Assembly: GCA_019912315.1 (NCBI GenBank)
Contig: JAIOJA010000049.1
Span: 4,448-68,447, forward strand
Source: Planctomycetota bacterium
GTDB lineage: Bacteria > Planctomycetota > UBA8742 > UBA2392
Length of the DNA stretch: 64,000 nt
Direction: 5' to 3'
In this document: positions 60,391-64,000 of the stretch, piece after piece
How positions within the stretch are numbered: the first letter of the stretch is position 1
Layout of the letters: each line of letters starts with the position of its first letter
The notes under the pieces: generated by a model
What the model was told of the DNA's origin: nothing
The model's database searches: none
Seen by the model: the letters and a program-made list of their open reading frames with translations, nothing else
Program-made: the position numbers and the translations under genes

Positions 60391-61089
60391 TCAGCCATAG
60401 GGCGTGGTTTCCGTTGTCTCGACCTGCTTGTCATTCTTCAGCGCGTCCACGGCCAGCTTGACGTAGTTCACTTCGTCGAGGGCCTTGTCCTTGCGCCTCT
60501 CGCGTAGATTGTCCAGGGCGCCGCGATACTTCAGCTTTCCTTCCTTGTCGATCACGTAGCAGTGCGGCGTGGTCTTGGCTTCGTACTTGCGCCCGGCCGT
60601 GCCGTCGGCGTCAAGCAGGTACGACGCACTGTCCATGCCCGCCTTGTCGATGCGCTTCTTCAGCGTTTCGGCGTCAAAGTTACCCTGTTTGCCCTCGGCG
60701 CTGCTGCAGATCGTCAGCCACACGATTTCGTCCTTGCGGTACTCCGCCTGCAGCTTCACCAGGGCGTCCCCCTGCTCGTAGTGCGCTTTGCACCAGGGAC
60801 AGTCCAGATTGACCCATTCCAGCACGACAATCTTGCCCTTGAAGCCTGAAAGTGTGACCTCTTTGCCGTCGGCGTTCGTGAGCGTGAAGTCGGGCGCCTT
60901 TTTGTCCAGGGCGGCCTTGTCGGGCGGCGCCTCTTCGTCCTTTTCGGTGTCCGTTTCGTCAGGCTTTTCGTCTGCCTTTTCGTTCGGCTTCTTGTCGGCA
61001 TCCTTTGCGTCCGCACCCTCCTGCGCGAAAGCGTTGATACTGATCGCCAGCACAAGCAGCGGCAGCAGCAGCCATGCAAGTCGCTTCAT
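60391..61089 (-). CDS. Secreted thioredoxin-fold redoxin (TlpA/AhpC-TSA-like) with a CPWC motif
   Basis: The signal peptide is MKRLAWLLLPLLVLAISINAFA. An acidic Lys/Asp/Glu-rich linker follows, then APDFTLTNADGKEVTLSGFKGKIVVLEWVNLDCPWCKAHY. Confidence 0.75.
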   Translation of the reverse strand: MKRLAWLLLPLLVLAISINAFAQEGADAKDADKKPNEKADEKPDETDTEKDEEAPPDKAALDKKAPDFTLTNADGKEVTLSGFKGKIVVLEWVNLDCPWCKAHYEQGDALVKLQAEYRKDEIVWLTICSSAEGKQGNFDAETLKKRIDKAGMDSASYLLDADGTAGRKYEAKTTPHCYVIDKEGKLKYRGALDNLRERRKDKALDEVNYVKLAVDALKNDKQVETTETTPYG

Positions 61090-61213
61090 AAGGGTTTCCT
61101 CCGTTGTGGTGTCTTATGGTACTCATGTAACCCGGCGCCTCGCCACGGGATTGCATGAATTCCCCGGTTTCTCGCGACAGGCAAGACTGCTACAACCACG
61201 CCCCGAGGAAATC

Positions 61214-62029
61214 ATGGCTTACCAGGCAACCGGCATCAACCTTTCGGCCTTCGGGCTTGCACGACGTCCATCCGTCGCGGCCGCGACCATGGGCGACAAG
61301 GGCAACGTACGCATTGAGCTGCGCGTGGCGGAAATGTTCGCGGGCAAGCACAAGCTGTCGGACGGCACGGAGGCGACACTGGCCGAGTGGCGGGCGGGGC
61401 TGCTTGCGTTGCCGCGCCCGATCGGCGTGGATGTCGCACTAGACATCGACGCGCTTGGCGCGGGCGGCAACAGGCGCGCTCCGGCCCTGCGGCAACTGTG
61501 GGAGCTCACACACCGCCCGATCGATTTCGCCTTCTACGGCGACGCGCCGCTGACCGATCGCGTGGGCGAGTTCGGCGTTCGCTTCAGGACCCTGCTGGCT
61601 TCGAGCGCGTTTGAGCTGGGTGACGACATCATCGAAGTTTACCCGCGCGCTACCGTTGAGCTGCTGGAGTTCCGCGGTCAGCACATTGGCGGCGCGGCCC
61701 ATCACAGCACCAACGGCTGGAAGGGCGATGACCGCAACAAACGCGGCGACAAGTTGATGGCCAAGATCCTGAGCGAACTCGGCGTCAACCCGGGCCAGGG
61801 TGCTGACAAACTGGACAGCGACGACCTTGACGCGATGCTCTGCGCGCTGACGGCGCTCGGCGCAACGATTGCCCAGGGTGTTTTGACCGGCGATGAACTT
61901 GCACGCGAAATCACCGAGCGTGTCGCTCGCCGCGGCAACGCGGAGCCTGACCCGCTACACGTCGCCCCCGGCGCCACCGCCGTGCTCGCCCGCCCCTTCT
62001 GGGAAAGCCTGACCGTCGCGAAAATCTAG
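61214..62029 (+). CDS. DUF429-like (predicted RNase H-fold) protein
   Basis: The ATG at 61214 gives MAYQATGI. The blocks IIEVYPRATVELL and SDDLDAMLCALTALG resemble DUF429. The ORF-track start at 60788 is antisense to the redoxin gene. Confidence 0.5.
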   Translation: MAYQATGINLSAFGLARRPSVAAATMGDKGNVRIELRVAEMFAGKHKLSDGTEATLAEWRAGLLALPRPIGVDVALDIDALGAGGNRRAPALRQLWELTHRPIDFAFYGDAPLTDRVGEFGVRFRTLLASSAFELGDDIIEVYPRATVELLEFRGQHIGGAAHHSTNGWKGDDRNKRGDKLMAKILSELGVNPGQGADKLDSDDLDAMLCALTALGATIAQGVLTGDELAREITERVARRGNAEPDPLHVAPGATAVLARPFWESLTVAKI

Positions 62030-62102
62030 CGGCGGGCTGACTGACATCCGTTTGCAAGACTTGATAAATTGTCCCGATCACGAAACGAGGATCGGGGGAA
62101 TT

Positions 62103-62327
62103 GTGGAACACATACTGGTCGGTGTCGTCCTGGTTGCCTCCGGTGGCTTCTCCATCGTTTGCGCCGCCATGGACGTGGAGTGGTTCATCAACAGCCGCAA
62201 GGCGCGCCTGCCGGTCGCGTTGATGGGGCGCAACGGCGCGCGTGTGTTTTACATTGTTCTCGGAGTGATCATTGCCGCCGCAGGGATCGGCTTTGCCACC
62301 GGGCTGATTCCGTTGCGTTCGAAGTAA
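62103..62327 (+). CDS. Small two-TM protein resembling the Imm17 immunity-protein family
   Basis: The GTG at 62103 gives (M)EHILVGVVLVASGGFSIVCAAMDVEWFINSRKARLPVALMGRNGARVFYIVLGVIIAAAGIGF. This matches the pattern ...W.WF..S.KAR......GR.GARIFY..LG... that I recall for Imm17. Confidence 0.5.
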   Translation: MEHILVGVVLVASGGFSIVCAAMDVEWFINSRKARLPVALMGRNGARVFYIVLGVIIAAAGIGFATGLIPLRSK

Positions 62328-62479
62328 TGCCTCGGCCAATGCCTAGGGCCGCAGCCAACGGGCTGATGCGTGCAACGGAAGACGTCGACCTGATTCTGGC
62401 GAAAGAGGGGCTGGCGCCATTCAAGGAACGCTCGATTGGCGCCGGTTGGCTTGAACGCTTCAAGGGCTCTAAGACTTGA
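62327..62479 (+). CDS. Small ORF (50 aa), hypothetical
   Basis: The ATG overlaps the previous TAA (TAATG). The peptide is MPRPMPRAAANGLMRATEDVDLILAKEGLAPFKERSIGAGWLERFKGSKT. Confidence 0.3.
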   Translation: MPRPMPRAAANGLMRATEDVDLILAKEGLAPFKERSIGAGWLERFKGSKT

Positions 62480-62631
62480 AGGACGCCGAATACACGCTGA
62501 ACAACCTGGCCCGCGATTACAGCGACCAGTTACACGAGTACGTGCGCACGAAGTTCGATGAGTGCCGCAACCTCGCCCAGGTCAAGACCCTACGAAGAAT
62601 AGAAATTGCCCCAGTTTCGACGCCCATTTGA
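62476..62631 (+). CDS. Small ORF (51 aa), hypothetical
   Basis: The TTG start overlaps the previous TGA (TTGA). The peptide is (M)KDAEYTLNNLARDYSDQLHEYVRTKFDECRNLAQVKTLRRIEIAPVSTPI, and its codons are GC3-rich. It is below the ORF-track length cutoff. Confidence 0.3.
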   Translation: MKDAEYTLNNLARDYSDQLHEYVRTKFDECRNLAQVKTLRRIEIAPVSTPI

Positions 62632-62662
62632 CCGACTCATGTCTGTGAGCCGGAGGATAGTC

Positions 62663-63226
62663 ATGCTGAATTCCATCATGGTGAGCAACCGCTTCGTCGC
62701 GGAGGGCATTGCCGGGCACGAGTCCACCCTGGTCGCGGCACGCGAACTGGCCGAGGCCGCGCTCGACCTGGTCACGCCGGTCGCGTTCATCGGCAGCCAC
62801 GCCTTTCGCCGCTCGCGCACGCTGGAAGTCATCGCGCCGCGCGGGCAAAACCTCGACACCGCGCCGGGTTTCGTCGCCGGCGTCGAGCCCGCATGGCTGC
62901 GCCACGTACATACCCGCATTTGCATTCGCGTTCACACGGCCGGAGATCCCATCGCTGGTGGGCCCACCCGCTGGGCTGATCCGCGGGAATCTGAAAACTA
63001 CCGGGGCGTGCCGGTGCTGCGCCTGAACGCGTTTCTGGAAACCGAGCTGACCCGCGCCCTCAACGCGCCGGATGGCGCAGAGCACGCCCAAAACGTAGTC
63101 AGCGCAATCCTGTCGGCTGGTATCAGCCTTGACCGCACGCTCGAGCTGCACCCGTACGTGACAGGCGCCTATCTGGACGCCTGGGAGCGCGCGCAGGGAA
63201 AGCGCCTCTGGCCCGCCGCGGCTTAG
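62663..63226 (+). CDS. Hypothetical protein (187 aa)
   Basis: The ATG at 62663 lies 6 nt after GGAGGA. No motif was recognised. I prefer it to the antisense ORF 62582..63478 because of the SD and the operon context. Confidence 0.45.
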   Translation: MLNSIMVSNRFVAEGIAGHESTLVAARELAEAALDLVTPVAFIGSHAFRRSRTLEVIAPRGQNLDTAPGFVAGVEPAWLRHVHTRICIRVHTAGDPIAGGPTRWADPRESENYRGVPVLRLNAFLETELTRALNAPDGAEHAQNVVSAILSAGISLDRTLELHPYVTGAYLDAWERAQGKRLWPAAA

Positions 63227-63933
63227 GACTTGTCCGTCGGCACGTATTTGTAAATGCGCTTCTTGAGCCAGTACAGCCCCATCAGGTCGAGCAACCCGCG
63301 CGCGCCTCGCTTCAGGTTGCCGTACTTGCTGACACCGGCCGTGCGGGCGCGATGCTCCGTCGGTACCTGGGCGACTTTCATGCCCATGAACACGAAGATC
63401 GCTGGCATCAGGCGGTGTACACCGTTGAAGCGCGGAAGCATCAGCCCGGCCTCGCGGGGAAAAGCCCGCAGGCTGCAACCGATATCCCTGATGCCGTCAC
63501 GCAAAAAAAGGTTGCGCACAAAATACGCGATGCGGCTGGCCACGCGCCGGTTGAATTTGTCGTTGCGCTTCCTGCGGATGCCCTGGGCGACATCGCCCTG
63601 TTTCAGCGCCTCCAGCAGATCCGGAATGCTGGCGGGGTCGTTCTGCCGGTCACCGTCCAGAGTGACCACCAGGTCCGCGCGCGCGTTCAGTATGCCGGTA
63701 ATGGTCGCGGCGCTCTGACCCAGGTTGCGCGCGTGCGTGATGCAGCGCACCCAGGTGATTTTGTCGCACGCGGCGGGCGTGCCGTCGCTGCTGCCGTCAT
63801 CCACGTACACGAGCTCGAAGCTGCGCCCGGCCGCATCCATGGCGGCTTTAACTTCCTCGGCCAGCGGGGCGACGTTGTCGACCTCGTTGTAGACGGGAAT
63901 GACGACGGATACGTCAGGCTTGTCCATGGGCAC
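63223..63933 (-). CDS. Family 2 glycosyltransferase, polyprenyl-phosphate sugar transferase type (GtrB/ArnC-like) with a C-terminal membrane segment
   Basis: VSVVIPVYNEVDNVAPL, LVYVDDGSSDGT and VVTLDGDRQNDP are GT2 signature blocks. A C-terminal hydrophobic stretch HRLMPAIFVFMGMKV is present. Confidence 0.8.
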   Translation of the reverse strand: MPMDKPDVSVVIPVYNEVDNVAPLAEEVKAAMDAAGRSFELVYVDDGSSDGTPAACDKITWVRCITHARNLGQSAATITGILNARADLVVTLDGDRQNDPASIPDLLEALKQGDVAQGIRRKRNDKFNRRVASRIAYFVRNLFLRDGIRDIGCSLRAFPREAGLMLPRFNGVHRLMPAIFVFMGMKVAQVPTEHRARTAGVSKYGNLKRGARGLLDLMGLYWLKKRIYKYVPTDKS

Positions 63934-64000
63934 ACTTCGGCCGACACCGTGCCGGTCTGCATTCCCCGACGTATCTACACGAGTCCGGCATCAATTTGAA

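Noticed and set aside
60391-61089. Thioredoxin-fold redoxin as a possible selenoprotein, given selA and tRNA-Sec in the window.
   Set aside because: The redox motif is an ordinary CPWC and the ORF is uninterrupted, with no in-frame TGA.
62582-63478. 298-aa minus-strand ORF overlapping 62663..63226(+) and the 3' end of the GT2 gene.
   Set aside because: It would overlap the well-supported GT2 gene on the same strand in another frame. The plus-strand ORF has a strong SD and operon context. This choice remains uncertain.

Overview
This is a 64-kb, high-GC, gene-dense bacterial chromosomal segment. Spot counts of 60-nt lines give about 65 % G+C in housekeeping genes. I can support about 60 protein genes and two structural RNAs. 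Housekeeping content: a partial NifS-type cysteine desulfurase, selA with a tRNA-Sec (UCA anticodon), ppc, a phnCDE-type phosphonate ABC transporter, RNase P RNA (rnpB), ispG, purB, thiE, an acyl-CoA carboxyltransferase, queG, an isolated nuoH, pfk, pyk, a XerC/D-type recombinase, an LpxL-type acyltransferase and two GT2 glycosyltransferases. Between these lie many envelope and surface genes: two prepilin-type pseudopilins, a protein with four MshEN-like motifs, a 1136-aa GEVED/He_PIG/choice-of-anchor-D surface protein, and several secreted or TM-anchored proteins of unknown function. The gene content (prepilin-like N-termini, GEVED and He_PIG domains) suggests a Planctomycetota/PVC-like organism, but that is only an inference. 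No CRISPR array, IS element or prophage was seen. The observations most worth a second look are listed here. (1) A lower-GC five-gene operon (about 11.9-18.1 kb) is built around a radical-SAM-like enzyme with a CX12CX2C motif and four proteins I cannot assign to any family. (2) A perfect 15-bp-arm palindrome sits in frame inside that enzyme's gene. It shares the 10-mer AGGGGTCAGG with palindromic elements after nifS and after tRNA-Sec. (3) A He_PIG-repeat membrane protein gene is split by one in-frame TGA, in a genome that decodes UGA as Sec. (4) selA, a GT2 gene and tRNA-Sec are arranged in that order, with the GT2 start overlapping the selA stop. (5) Three secreted proteins end in a Cys/Gly + TM helix + basic cluster tail resembling MYXO-CTERM-type sorting signals, and no sorting enzyme is present in the window. 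(6) A tandem pair of paralogous coiled-coil membrane proteins, a DUF2130-like nuclease module and an Imm17-like mini-operon are also noted. All family assignments come from motif recognition by eye, because no searches could be run.
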